The translations under genes and the position numbers were made by a program. DNA of 64,000 nucleotides from Candidatus Sulfomarinibacteraceae bacterium (lineage in GTDB: Bacteria; Acidobacteriota; Thermoanaerobaculia; Thermoanaerobaculales; Sulfomarinibacteraceae). Under the pieces are notes generated by a model that saw nothing but the letters and a program-made list of their open reading frames with translations, was not told the origin of the DNA and did no database searches. Below, in pieces: positions 52,255-62,544 of the stretch. Numbering within the stretch: the stretch's first letter is position 1; every line of letters starts with the position of its first letter. The stretch is from assembly GCA_963796455.1 (NCBI GenBank), contig CAWCLO010000004.1, forward strand, positions 1,242,263-1,306,262, read 5' to 3'.

Positions 52255-52818
52255 TCACTTCTTCTTCAAAATGAAAAACAACGAATCACCCGGCTCCAAC
52301 TCCTCGTAGCGCTCCAACATCACCACGTCGAAAAGACCGCCGAAGATCTCTTCCACATCCGACTCTTCATAGAACTGGAAATGGAGCCCACCATGGTTCT
52401 CGATCTTGTCGCCATACCACAGGGCATGGGCCAGCAAGCCGTGGCCTTCGAGGACCTCGGCCTGGCGCGGGACCGAGCGTTCGAGATCGCTGCGCTCGAG
52501 GTGCTGCAGGACCTTGTTTGAAAAAATGCAGTCGAATCGCCGGTCGGTCTCGATGGAGACGGCATCGAGAACCATGAGGTCCGCCTCGGAATTGGCCTGC
52601 CGATAGGCATCCAAAAAGAGTTCGGACCGGTCCGATCCGGTCACCCGGTAGGTCTTCGACAAAATGTCGAAGTCAGCACCCGGCCCCATCCCGAGTTCGA
52701 GGACGGTGGATCCCTTCTTCAGATGCTTCGAAAGTTTCTCGATGAGCTCCTGCCCGTCGTGGCCTTTGGCCATCTCGAGGTATTCTTCGATGCCTTCCTG
52801 GGTTTCGAAATAACCCAT
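52255..52818 (-). CDS. Class I SAM-dependent methyltransferase
   Basis: VLELGMGPG; FDCIFSNKVLQH. Confidence 0.87.
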   Translation of the reverse strand: MGYFETQEGIEEYLEMAKGHDGQELIEKLSKHLKKGSTVLELGMGPGADFDILSKTYRVTGSDRSELFLDAYRQANSEADLMVLDAVSIETDRRFDCIFSNKVLQHLERSDLERSVPRQAEVLEGHGLLAHALWYGDKIENHGGLHFQFYEESDVEEIFGGLFDVVMLERYEELEPGDSLFFILKKK

Positions 52819-52889
52819 CAGCGGATTCGTCGATCATCGGTCGAATGCATGTTGTTTGGTTGAAACATACAGTTGGCAACACGCGGGGC

Positions 52890-53122
52890 CGGATCTGTGT
52901 TCCACATCCAAGCCGCGACCCAGTTACCCCATGGCCGCCCATGCCGCCCCACGATGTCACCCCGGGGAGCAACCCGCGACCCGGATGCCCGATGGGCGCG
53001 AATGCCGCCCCCAGATGTCATCCTGACCCGATCAAGCGACCCCCGATATCGCCTATGCACTGACAGCCATTAATGATGTCATCCTGAGCGGAGCCCGCCC
53101 TGGGGCGCAGTCGAAGGATCTA
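52890..53122. repeat. 61-bp-stepped GATGTCAYCC units ending in an intact palindrome arm that supplies the pyrD stop codon
   Basis: Units at 52953, 53014, 53075; TAG = reverse complement of cta 53120-53122 in gaaggatcta. Confidence 0.75.
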
Positions 53123-54165
53123 TGAGATGGAAGACAAAGCCTTGACGATCCGCTTCACCAAACCCGGCCCCTCATAGACGAGGCCCGTATATACCTGCAC
53201 CAGCGTCGCACCGGCATCGATCTTGGCCTGCGCATCCTCCGGGCCCATGATGCCGCCGACGCCGACAATCGGGATCGCGCCACCCGTGTGCTCATGAATA
53301 CGCGCAATCATCCGGGTGCTCATGTCCGTCAGGGCGGCACCCGAAAGCCCACCCTCCTCCTCGGCCTTTGGATGATCGATCGTGTCTCGGCTGATGGTGG
53401 TGTTGGTGGCAATGATGCCGTCGAGACCGCTCGCCACGATCACGTCCACCGCGGTCAACAACTGCTCATCCGTCAGATCGGGCGCCAGCTTGACCAGCAC
53501 CGGAACCGGGTGACTGAGGGCCTCCGCGGACAAGTCACGCCGCTCTGCGATCCTCCCCAACAATTCACCGAGAAATCCAGGTTCCTGCAGCTTGCGCAAT
53601 CCAGGCGTGTTGGGCGACGAGATATTGACCGCCAGGTAGTCGCCCAGAGGCGCGAAGAGATCCACCAAGTCGCTCGTAGTCGACGGCGGCATCTTCGAGC
53701 GGCGTCTGCTTCTGTTTACCGATATTGACGCCGATGATCGGCCCACCGGGTGGCCGATTGGAGAGCCTCTTGGCCACATACATCGCACCCTCTCCCGGAA
53801 AACCCATCCGGTTGATGACCGAACGCTCCTCAACCAAACGAAACACCCGCGGTTTGGGGTTGCCCGGTTGCGGGTTCGGGGTCACCGTCCCGACCTCGAT
53901 GTGACCGAAACCGAGACATCCAAGACCGCGCCAGCCGTCGGCGTCCTTGTCATAGCCGGCGGCCAGACCGACCCGATTCGGAAACTTTGAGCCCAAAAAC
54001 CTCAACGGGCTCGGCATCGGGATGCGAGTACATCGCAGCCACAGCCGCGCGCAACCCGGGGATCCGCCCCACCCGGGCGATCGCCTTCAGAGACAAACCG
54101 TGGGCGGTCTCAGGATCGAGTTGAAAAAGGAGCGACCGCGAAATCGGGTAAAGAAGTCCAGCCAT
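53120..54165 (-). CDS. pyrD: Dihydroorotate dehydrogenase (quinone, class 2); two apparent frameshifts (~53985, ~53670)
   Basis: DPETAH; NRVGLAAGYDKD; GNPKPRVFRL; INRMGF; NISSPNTPGLR; KLAPDL; TNTT; GGLSG; GVGGI spread over three frames. Confidence 0.88.
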
Positions 54166-54959
54166 CAGTCATCGATCATACGCATTCTCGGCGGCAGCGG
54201 CGAGCGGCGTTTTGGTGCGATGCGCTGCCGAAGCCGGACCGGCTTGGCCTCCCAGTTCTTCCCGCGCGCCCTCAAGTTGAGTATTTCGACAAAAACCGAA
54301 AAGCCCATGGCGAAGTAGATGTAGCCCTTCGGAATATGCTGGCCGAGTCCCTCCGCTATCAACGACATGCCGATCAGGAGGAGAAAGGACAACGCCAGGA
54401 TTTTGATCGTCGGGTGATCTTCGACGAAGTCAGAGATCGGGCCCGCGGCGAGCATCATGACTGCAACCGATATCATTACCGCCGCCACCATCACCGGCAC
54501 GTGCTCCGCCATGCCGATGGCGGTGATCACCGAGTCCAAGGAAAACACGAGGTCGAGGACCATGATCTGGGCGATCACCCCGGCGAATGAGGCCGCCGGT
54601 CCGCGGCCGTGTTCCTCCTCGTCGCCCTCGAGGTTGTGGTGGATCTCATAAGTCGCCTTGCCGAGCAAAAAGAGCCCACCACCTACCAGGACAACATCGC
54701 GAGCCGTGAAGGGATCGCCGAAGAGCATGAAGAGCTGAACGGTCAGCTTGGCCACCCATGCCAGCGACAGCAGGAGGAGGACTCGCATGATCATCGCGCC
54801 TGCGAGACCGAGGGTCCGCGCTCTTGGGCGTTGATCCTTGGGCAACCTTCCCGACAGAATCGAGATGAAGATGATGTTGTCGATGCCGAGGACGATCTCG
54901 AGCGCGGTCAGCGTCGCAAGCGCGATCCAGGCTTGAGGATCGGTCATCCATTCGAACAT
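54165..54959 (-). CDS. TerC-family membrane protein
   Basis: LEIVLGIDNIIFI; DLVFSLDSVITA; IPKGYIYFAMGFS. Confidence 0.92.
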   Translation of the reverse strand: MFEWMTDPQAWIALATLTALEIVLGIDNIIFISILSGRLPKDQRPRARTLGLAGAMIMRVLLLLSLAWVAKLTVQLFMLFGDPFTARDVVLVGGGLFLLGKATYEIHHNLEGDEEEHGRGPAASFAGVIAQIMVLDLVFSLDSVITAIGMAEHVPVMVAAVMISVAVMMLAAGPISDFVEDHPTIKILALSFLLLIGMSLIAEGLGQHIPKGYIYFAMGFSVFVEILNLRARGKNWEAKPVRLRQRIAPKRRSPLPPRMRMIDD

Positions 54960-55057
54960 GATGCCCCCTGCTCTCGGTGTGGTGGCAGCTTAGCGCAGCT
55001 CTGCATTCGTATCCGAAGACCGAGCCCGTGTCCGCCTTCGAACCACGGCCCCTTCCC

Positions 55058-55254
55058 GATGTCATCCTGAGCGCAACCCGCGACCCGGATGCCTAGTGGA
55101 CTTTCGCCTACGATGTCATCCTGTCGCCCCCCGGATGTCATCCTGAGCGGAGCCCGCCCTGGGGCGTAGTCGAAGGATCTATGGGACGGACCGAAAAAGC
55201 CGAAGACGCAGATCCTTCGACTCGGCCGTCGGACGACCTCGCTCAGGATGACAT
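55058..55254. repeat. Degenerate GATGTCATCC units plus full palindromic element (55134-55254)
   Basis: gatgtcatcctgagcggagcc...gtcgaaggatct / agatccttcgact...gctcaggatgacat. Confidence 0.85.
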
Positions 55255-55285
55255 ATTGAAGAGACGGTCCTCTCAGGCAGCTCAA

Positions 55286-56191
55286 TCAATCCCAAAGCCG
55301 CTCCGGATAAACACCCTCATCAACCAATTCTCGGAGCACCTTCGCGGTCTCTACGCGATCCTCCCTGGAGGTCATGCCGCACCAACGGCCGCCCTCGTCC
55401 AGGACCTTGACCCGTGCCTGCCCCCCACCCACCGCCTCGCGCACGGCGACGGGCAGGTAGTACTCGTCCTTCGGGCCCGGCTCAGCCTCGAGAAACGTGA
55501 GGAAACCACGCTCGAGATGACCCACCAGACTGTCGGTAAAGCCCCACAGATTCATGGACACAAGAGAGTCGAGAGGTTCAATATGCGTCGTTCCACCATC
55601 GTCCTGCCAACGCGCCGCACCACCGGCACGTTGAATCGAAAGGACCTCCTGCAATCCGAGCAAATAACCGTTTTCATCCTGAACACACAACGCACGGGAC
55701 ACCGAGCCCGAGACCGGCAGCGCCTCGCCAAGCCGATAACCCACCATGGCCCACTGAGGCACCTCAGCACCCGCCGTCTCCACCAGATAACCCCCAAGCG
55801 CCGCCACCGCCCGACGACCATAGAAGTCGTCTGCATTGGCAGCCACAAAAGGACCATCAATATGCTCCGCCGCCACCAACACCGCGTGACCGGTTCCCCA
55901 TGGCTTGCTGCGATCAGCGGGCACCGAATACCCATCCGGCAGCTCGTCAAGCTCCTGGTGGGCATAGACCACCTCGACCTTGCTGCCCGCTCCCCCATCC
56001 ACGTGGGCCCTGATCTCCTCTTCGGTCTCGCGGCGGATCACCATCACCACCCGGCCGAACCCCGCCCTCGCGGCGTCGTAGATCGTGTAGTCCATCAGGG
56101 CCGCGCCGCCTGGGCCAACCGGGTCGAGTTGTTTGAGCCCGCCATATCGCGAGCCGACCCCCGCGGCGAGGATCATCAAGCTTGGTTTCAT
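55286..56191 (-). CDS. Sugar-phosphate nucleotidyltransferase family protein
   Basis: ILAAGVGSRYGGLKQ; KPWGTGHA; NADDFYG; SMNLWGF; EYYLP; ATGA overlap with the upstream peptidase. Confidence 0.88.
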   Translation of the reverse strand: MKPSLMILAAGVGSRYGGLKQLDPVGPGGAALMDYTIYDAARAGFGRVVMVIRRETEEEIRAHVDGGAGSKVEVVYAHQELDELPDGYSVPADRSKPWGTGHAVLVAAEHIDGPFVAANADDFYGRRAVAALGGYLVETAGAEVPQWAMVGYRLGEALPVSGSVSRALCVQDENGYLLGLQEVLSIQRAGGAARWQDDGGTTHIEPLDSLVSMNLWGFTDSLVGHLERGFLTFLEAEPGPKDEYYLPVAVREAVGGGQARVKVLDEGGRWCGMTSREDRVETAKVLRELVDEGVYPERLWD

Positions 56192-57529
56192 GGTTCGGGT
56201 TCCTCCTCGGGGCCGCCTTCGACCCACCGGATCACAGTCTTCTTGGCGGTTTCGTGGTCTTCCGCGCCCAACGTTTCGATAACGGTGAAATGGTTGCCGT
56301 CGCCGAGCCAGAACTGGTGCTGATCGAGCACATGGTTGACGGGAAATGCCAGCGCCGCCCACGGATCCTTCGCACCATAGATCGACATCACCCGCTCGCC
56401 CTCCGTCAGCAACCACTCTTCGAGCTTGCGCATCGGCTCGGGATCATAATTCTGTTCCGACCAGTTCGGGGCCCACCGGCAATTCGGGTAGTCCGTCTCC
56501 GACAAAAGATCTTCAAGCCCCGCCGTACCGAGACCGTAGTAACCCAGCTCGGTACAAAACTGGTGAAACGGCGGCGAATCGAGATTGTCATCCGCAAACC
56601 AGCTGATCCCCACCACCTCGATCAGCTTTTCGAAAAGTTCCTCCGGCCCGGCGTTCGCCGCCGGTAAATCCTCGCAGTCAGCATCGGAGTACTGCCAGAA
56701 CGAGAACGGAAATTCGAGCACCGAATACTCCAGCACCCGCATTTCCCCAACCGAAAGCCCGTAGCCCTTCTCCTCGGCGTAGGCGCTGAAGAGCGGCAGG
56801 ATCTTCTGCTTATTCCGGAGGGCCGTGCGCTGAAACTCGGTGATTCGGCCACGACACTCCTCCGTCCCGACGATGGACAAGAAAGCATCAATCCGCGGAT
56901 CCTCGAGCGCCCGCGGCAATGGTGAATCGTAGGCCACCGTCGCCACCACGTCATCCGGATAGTGCGACCTGAAAACCAGCGCCATCTGGCCGCCCTTGCT
57001 CCAACCGGCAGAAACCCACGGCCCGGGATAGATCTCGAGCAACATGCCCACGATCCGGTGATAGTCATTCGATGCCTGTTCGAGAGTGAGCAGCTCCCAA
57101 TCCATCGTCTCGGGAAGCGAATCCCCCACAAAACGGTGCTCGACCCGAATCTGGTTTGCGGTCAGGATGTTTGCCAACTCACCGATCTGGTTTTCTCCCA
57201 GGGAGTAGCCCTCGGTGATCAGCACCACCGGCCGGTCAAAACCGCGGTGGGTCAGCAGAATTCGCTGCTCGAATGTGCCCGCTTGATGGATCCGCGTGAT
57301 CGAGCGGTTGCTCGAGGCGCAGATCGAAGCTGTCGTAAAAGTAGTTTTCAGAACTCAGCACGCTCACGGTCAATCCGGGAAGATCTGCAAGACGTTGCTG
57401 GACGGGCGGCTCCGACGGCCCGCAACCCCAGGCGAGAACCACCACAAAGAAAATCGCCAGTGCGGGCGGGACGCCCGCACCACCAAGGCCCTTGCATGTG
57501 ATGGTGGTGCAGGCGTCTCGCCTGCACAT
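56188..57529 (-). CDS. Serine aminopeptidase lipoprotein (S28/S37, PS-10-like); frameshift near 57280; start uncertain (57529 or 57637)
   Basis: LAWGC lipobox; QPLDH..P..G then (other frame) TFEQRILLTHRGFDRPVVLITEGY; VEHRF; GWSKGG nucleophile; YGAKDPW; GNH. Confidence 0.8.
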
Positions 57530-57623
57530 GCCCTCGGTCTTGAACAGCGGGATCGTCTGATCGACGAGCCCACCACAAAGGCCCTTGAGGGTGATGGTGG
57601 TGCAGGCGTCTCGCCTGCACATG
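57460..57623. repeat. Three GTGG-type REP hairpins
   Basis: gtgcgggcgggacgcccgcaccac; gtggtgcaggcgtctcgcctgcac twice, 93 bp apart. Confidence 0.8.
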
Positions 57624-57633
57624 TCCGCCATCC

Positions 57634-58617
57634 TCACAATTCCACCTCAGTCCCCAGACCCAACGCCTTGGCCGCTTCCAACACCACCGCAGCCGCAGCC
57701 AGATCCTGGACCGCATTGCCCACGGTCTTGAAGAGCGTGATCTCCTGATCATCGGCCCGACCGGGAGCCGTACCCGCCACGATCTCACCGATCTCCGCCG
57801 GCCGCACGTCTTCCGCCAGAAGCCCCTCTTCGATCGCCATCACCAGGTCACCCGCCTCGGTGCGCCAGGTTGCGCGTGAGTCCACCACCAGCCGCGCCCG
57901 AGCCACCGTCTCCCCGGGGATCTCCCGCGTGTCGGCACGATACGTACCGATGGCATTGATGTGGGTTCCAGGGGCGATGTGGGCGTCTGAAAGTACCGGT
58001 GTATTCGAGGAAGAGGCGGTGCAGATGACATCGGCATCGATGACCCCTTCAACCCGGTGCAGAATGCGCACCGGAATCTGCAGCGAGTCGGCCAGATCCT
58101 CGGCGAGCCGCAGCGCCTGCTCCGGGTCGGCATCAAATACCAGTGCCTCACGGATCGACCGCACACAGCACACGGCCTCGATCTGACGCCGGCCCTGTGA
58201 CCCGGCGCCGATGACCGCAGCCACCGCCGAATCCTCACGCGCCAGCGCATCGGTCGCCACCCCCGAGGCGGCCCCGGTTCGAATGGCGGTCAAAACCTCG
58301 GCATCCATCACCGCCTGCACCCGGCCGGTGGTGGCGTCGAAGACGGTCATCAAAGCCTGGATGGTCGGCATCTCGCGCTCGGCGTTGTCGGGCACCACCG
58401 TAACGACCTTGAGCCCCAGACGAGCCGTCTGCGGCAAGAGGGCCGGCATGAAAAGAGCGCCTGCGTCGCCGCCGAGCTCCACATGGGTGCGCACCGGCAC
58501 CTCCGCCTCACCCGCCGATAACTGGACAAAGGCGTTGCCGACCGCGGCGATGGTCGCCTCCATCGACAGAGCCTCGGCCACATCCGACGCCGACAAAAAC
58601 AAAACTTTCCCACTCAT
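57634..58617 (-). CDS. Ornithine cyclodeaminase/mu-crystallin family (probable Delta1-pyrroline-2-carboxylate reductase)
   Basis: LTAIRTGAAS; IGAGSQG; HINAIG; FKTVGNAVQD; coupled to the proline-racemase-family gene. Confidence 0.85.
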   Translation of the reverse strand: MSGKVLFLSASDVAEALSMEATIAAVGNAFVQLSAGEAEVPVRTHVELGGDAGALFMPALLPQTARLGLKVVTVVPDNAEREMPTIQALMTVFDATTGRVQAVMDAEVLTAIRTGAASGVATDALAREDSAVAAVIGAGSQGRRQIEAVCCVRSIREALVFDADPEQALRLAEDLADSLQIPVRILHRVEGVIDADVICTASSSNTPVLSDAHIAPGTHINAIGTYRADTREIPGETVARARLVVDSRATWRTEAGDLVMAIEEGLLAEDVRPAEIGEIVAGTAPGRADDQEITLFKTVGNAVQDLAAAAVVLEAAKALGLGTEVEL

Positions 58618-59661
58618 CGGAGGATGAATCCTTCCCTCAATGGGTCATCGGGATCAATGAAAAACTCGTTGCGACCGGTGATCGAGGCCGAGCCTTCGAC
58701 CTCCGGCACCACCGCCGGGTAGGGCCCGAACTTGGTCTCCTCCAGCGCCTTCACCGTGAATCGCGAACCGATGATGCTCTCGATGACCATCGACTGGCCG
58801 ATCTTCAGATCGCCGCGGGCCACGTGAATCGCGGCGCGGGCCGAAACCCCGGTTCCCGTGGGCGATCTATCCACCTCGCCCTCGGCAAAGATGCAGACAT
58901 TGCGCGAATCGGCATCATCCGAAAGCGGCACACCCGTGAAGATCGTGCCGTAGAGAAAACCGAGATCCGCCTCGAATGGGTGTTGGATAGGCAGGCTTTC
59001 CATCACCGCCCGCTTGATGGCCATCCCCTTCTCGATGAGCTGGGAGTGGCTTTCGGGCCCGAGGGTCAGACCGACCTGTTCGGCCTCGACAAAGGCGTAG
59101 AAGGCGCCGCCGTAGGCCACATCGAGACGGACCGCGCCGAGACCAGGCACCTGCACCACCTGATCGGCCAGCAGGACAAAAGATGGAACGTTCTCGAAAG
59201 CCACCGAACTGACCCGGCCGCCGGAAACCCGCGCTCGGGCCGTGATCAACCCCGCCGGGCTGTCGATGCGAACGGTTGTTTCGGGCTCCGACGCCTCCAT
59301 CATCCCGGTTTCCAGCGCCACCGTCACCACCGCGATGATGCCGTGGCCGCACATCGTCGAATAACCCTCGTTGTGGAGGAAGAGGACACCGAAGTCGGCC
59401 TCCTCGGTCTCGGGCGGGACGATCACGCATCCGTACATATCGGCGTGACCGCGCGGCTCCCACATCAGTGCGGTACGGAGGGCGTCGTGGTTCTCCCAGC
59501 GCATCGCGCCGACGCTCGAGGATCGTCGATCCCGCAAGATCCGGGTAACCCGACACGATCACCCGCAGCGGTTCACCCGCCGTGTGGGCGTCGATCGTCA
59601 CGACCCGATGCGCCGATTCCGGTGCGCGCCAGTCCAGCGCGCGAAGGGTATTGATCGTCAT
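58614..59661 (-). CDS. Proline racemase family, probable trans-3-hydroxy-L-proline dehydratase; frameshift near 59505
   Basis: [28 protein letters not shown] and DRSPTGTG (Cys/Thr catalytic pair). Confidence 0.85.
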
Positions 59662-59710
59662 CTCTCTCCCGGACCCACATTGTACGCAGACCCGCGTCCG
59701 TGTCCGATGT

Positions 59711-60050
59711 GAAAGGGGGAAAGGGAGAAAGGGGGCCACGCGCCCTCACATGATCCGAAATACTCAGGCTCTCATTCTGGAGCCAGTCATCCTGGGCAGT
59801 GCAAGCGACCCCGTTGCCTCCTGGGCCCTGCAACCCTTAATGATGTCATCCTGAGCGGAGCCCGCCCTCGGGCGTAGTCGAAAGGTATCTATGGGATGAA
59901 CCGAAGAAACCGAAGACGCAGATCCTTCGACTGCGCGCCGAAGGCGCTTCGCTCAGGATGACATATTGAAAAGACCACCAACTTTTTCAAGGCACTCCGT
60001 ATCGTGCCCACCCAAACTAACCCGAGGTCCTCCCGAGCCGATCAAGGGAC
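59711..60050. repeat. GGGAGAAA array, stepped unit and full palindromic element (59842-59964); first of two ~250-bp direct repeats
   Basis: Colinear with 62578-62830. Confidence 0.8.
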
Positions 60051-62370
60051 TCCAAAGACAGATTCGTGGGGAACTCGTCTCGCTCCCCCGGGAGGCCAGG
60101 GAGGACTCGCTCACGGCTCCAGGTTTCTGAACCTTCTCGTCGGCGCCCGTCGACCGACCGGGTTCACCCGTCGCAACCGCAACGTCCAGATCTTCGTGCG
60201 GTCGGCGTCCCGGTAGATCGTGCCGCCGGTCTCGAAATGCCTCGCATCGGACGACAGCGTCTCCCGACGCCTCCGTCCACACGGTCGAGGTCACCGTGTA
60301 CACGACCTCGCCATCGGCTGCCAGCACGGCAGTGTCGAGGACATCGCCACCGAGCGGCCCCGCCGAGCACTCGGAACCCGTCGTCGCCTCACAGGTCCAG
60401 GACACCGATGTCAGGATCTCCGGAAAGTTGCACTGGACGTGGACCCCTTCGCGCGGCTGGTCGGACGGGTTGGAAACGGTGACGGTGTGCGTCAGCTGGT
60501 CATCCCGGTAGGCGTCGGAGAGGCCATTTGTCACGGCAATCGGGATCGTCAACGCGTTGAATTCCTGATCCCATCGCGAAAAACCGGGCTTGCCGTCACG
60601 GAGCGCGATCACCAACAGCTCATCGTCATTCGCGAACAATCGAAGCGGGCTGCCCGCGACCGCTCGCGACGTTTCGATGCCATGGTTGTCGCCCCATTTC
60701 TGGAGCTCGCCATGGTCACCCAGCGCCCGCAGGGTGAACAGCTGCTCCCCGATCCACACCACGTCCGCGATGGCGTTTTCCAGGGAATCGGTCATCTCGA
60801 GCGTGTGGCCATCAAAGAACTGGCCTGCACCCGAGATCACCAGCTCGCCGCTCGGCTTGACCCGGACCGGATGAACGAGGCGGTCGCCGGCAACATAACT
60901 CGAAGTCAGCGAGCTTGCGATCGTACCGTCCTCTCGGAGCTCTTCCCACCAGAGGCTGGGCCAGTCTTCCATGAAGTACAGGCGCCGCGTCGGACCGTTC
61001 CAAACGAACTCCACCGGTTGCGATCTGGGATCGAGCTGGTCTATCAGGCTTCCGTCCGGGTCGTAAGTCTGGTGAGCCCTCCGGTATTCGTCGGGTCCGT
61101 CGTCCGTAACCAGGTATTGGCCGGCACACGCGAGATTTCCCGCCGGGTAGGCCGTGTTGACGTACGGCGATTCAGAACCCGGTGTCGCTCTGCCGAGATC
61201 GATCGAGGTGATCTCGCCTGTCGGGTAGCCGAGGTACAGCGACTGGTTGGCCGGCGAGTACGCCATCACGCGCGGGTTGCCGAGCAACGGGATCGAGGGA
61301 AGGTAGTCGTGCGCCTCCGCCGACCAGCGGAAGACGTTGCCGCGATCGAAGTGCGAGAGCAGAATCGTGCCGGTCGGACCGATCGCGACGGCGTCTGGCT
61401 CGAACTCGAGGCCCGTGGGATCAATCGGGTCGCCCGGCTGCCGTTCGACCAACAGGCCGAGCGGAATCGCTTCGGCCGCCACGCGGTCGCCGTCGCGGTG
61501 GAACGAAATAATGTCGCCGCCATCGACGGCGATCTTGAGCGGCTCGTGGGACGGCGTGTACTCCCCACCCCGCCGCAGGTTCTCGGAGTACGCAATGATC
61601 GTTCCGTCACGGACGATGTACGGCTGACCATCGGCGAACACCAGGTCTGAAAATGAGCCCGCGAAGCTGCCAGCATAGCTGAGGTCCTTGGTCCCGTAGA
61701 CCACCCCGGAGTTGTCCGCGACCTTTGACTCATCAGGAAAGACATAGCAGCGGCTTCCGATCGGGTAATCGCCGTGGTACGGGCTGTCTTCCAGATAGCC
61801 GATCGAGCCCTCCTGCGAGACGGTGAACCTGGCGATGTCGAGCGGAATCCCGTAGGTCCCAACACCAAAGACGATCCCCGAGCCAGGTGCCGGGCCAAAC
61901 CCTGCCACCGGAAACCAGTAATGGGGTTCGGAGACGTCGTGGAGGAGAATCCCGGTCTGCCGGTCGATCGTCGTCAGGAAATCGCCCTCGGAGAGGCCCA
62001 GCACGTCGCCGATCACGAAGAGTTCCTCGACCTCGCCTTCCATGTCCGGGAGACGAGTCTCGTTGCTGCCATCTCTCGCCATTCGCGACGTCCGGCGCCC
62101 GAAGCTGACATACAAGGCGTCGCTCGCCGCCGCAAATGCGGAGGGCGTCTCTTCGAACTCGATCACCTCCAGCCAGCTTCGCGACGCGAGATCATACCGC
62201 TCGACCGACGCCAGCGACGAGTAAGCGAAGAACACGACGCCTTCCGATTCAACTGCCGCGATCCACGGATATTCTGGAGCCTCCGCGGCCCATACCACGC
62301 TCAGAAGCACGGCACACGACACACACGACGCCGCGAATCGCGCCGACAGTGCCGTGTATTGAATTCGCAT
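59953..62370 (-). CDS. Large secreted beta-rich protein with C-terminal DUF11-like Ig domain; true 3' end possibly ~60110 through a frameshift near 60236
   Basis: Signal peptide MRIQY...VVWA; repeated beta-propeller-like segments; THTVTVSN...WTC....GS.C...V.YTV. Confidence 0.7.
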   Translation of the reverse strand: MRIQYTALSARFAASCVSCAVLLSVVWAAEAPEYPWIAAVESEGVVFFAYSSLASVERYDLASRSWLEVIEFEETPSAFAAASDALYVSFGRRTSRMARDGSNETRLPDMEGEVEELFVIGDVLGLSEGDFLTTIDRQTGILLHDVSEPHYWFPVAGFGPAPGSGIVFGVGTYGIPLDIARFTVSQEGSIGYLEDSPYHGDYPIGSRCYVFPDESKVADNSGVVYGTKDLSYAGSFAGSFSDLVFADGQPYIVRDGTIIAYSENLRRGGEYTPSHEPLKIAVDGGDIISFHRDGDRVAAEAIPLGLLVERQPGDPIDPTGLEFEPDAVAIGPTGTILLSHFDRGNVFRWSAEAHDYLPSIPLLGNPRVMAYSPANQSLYLGYPTGEITSIDLGRATPGSESPYVNTAYPAGNLACAGQYLVTDDGPDEYRRAHQTYDPDGSLIDQLDPRSQPVEFVWNGPTRRLYFMEDWPSLWWEELREDGTIASSLTSSYVAGDRLVHPVRVKPSGELVISGAGQFFDGHTLEMTDSLENAIADVVWIGEQLFTLRALGDHGELQKWGDNHGIETSRAVAGSPLRLFANDDELLVIALRDGKPGFSRWDQEFNALTIPIAVTNGLSDAYRDDQLTHTVTVSNPSDQPREGVHVQCNFPEILTSVSWTCEATTGSECSAGPLGGDVLDTAVLAADGEVVYTVTSTVWTEASGDAVVRCEAFRDRRHDLPGRRPHEDLDVAVATGEPGRSTGADEKVQKPGAVSESSLASRGSETSSPRICLWSPLIGSGGPRVSLGGHDTECLEKVGGLFNMSS

Positions 62371-62544
62371 GATGCCTGCCTTCACAAACACTATAGGTCC
62401 GCCGAAATCCTCTGGCAACGCACCCCCGAGAAATTGAGACTGCGAAAGCGTCACCTGCCATCCTGCACGATCACGAATCCGCTCCAACAACCCACACCGT
62501 CCGGCAACGCCCTTCCCAACCTCTTCCGGAAGTTCACACAACCC

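Noticed and set aside
52820..52890. Integron attC site or riboswitch upstream of the methyltransferase
   Set aside because: No complementary R''/R' boxes or recognisable aptamer, and no integrase in the window.
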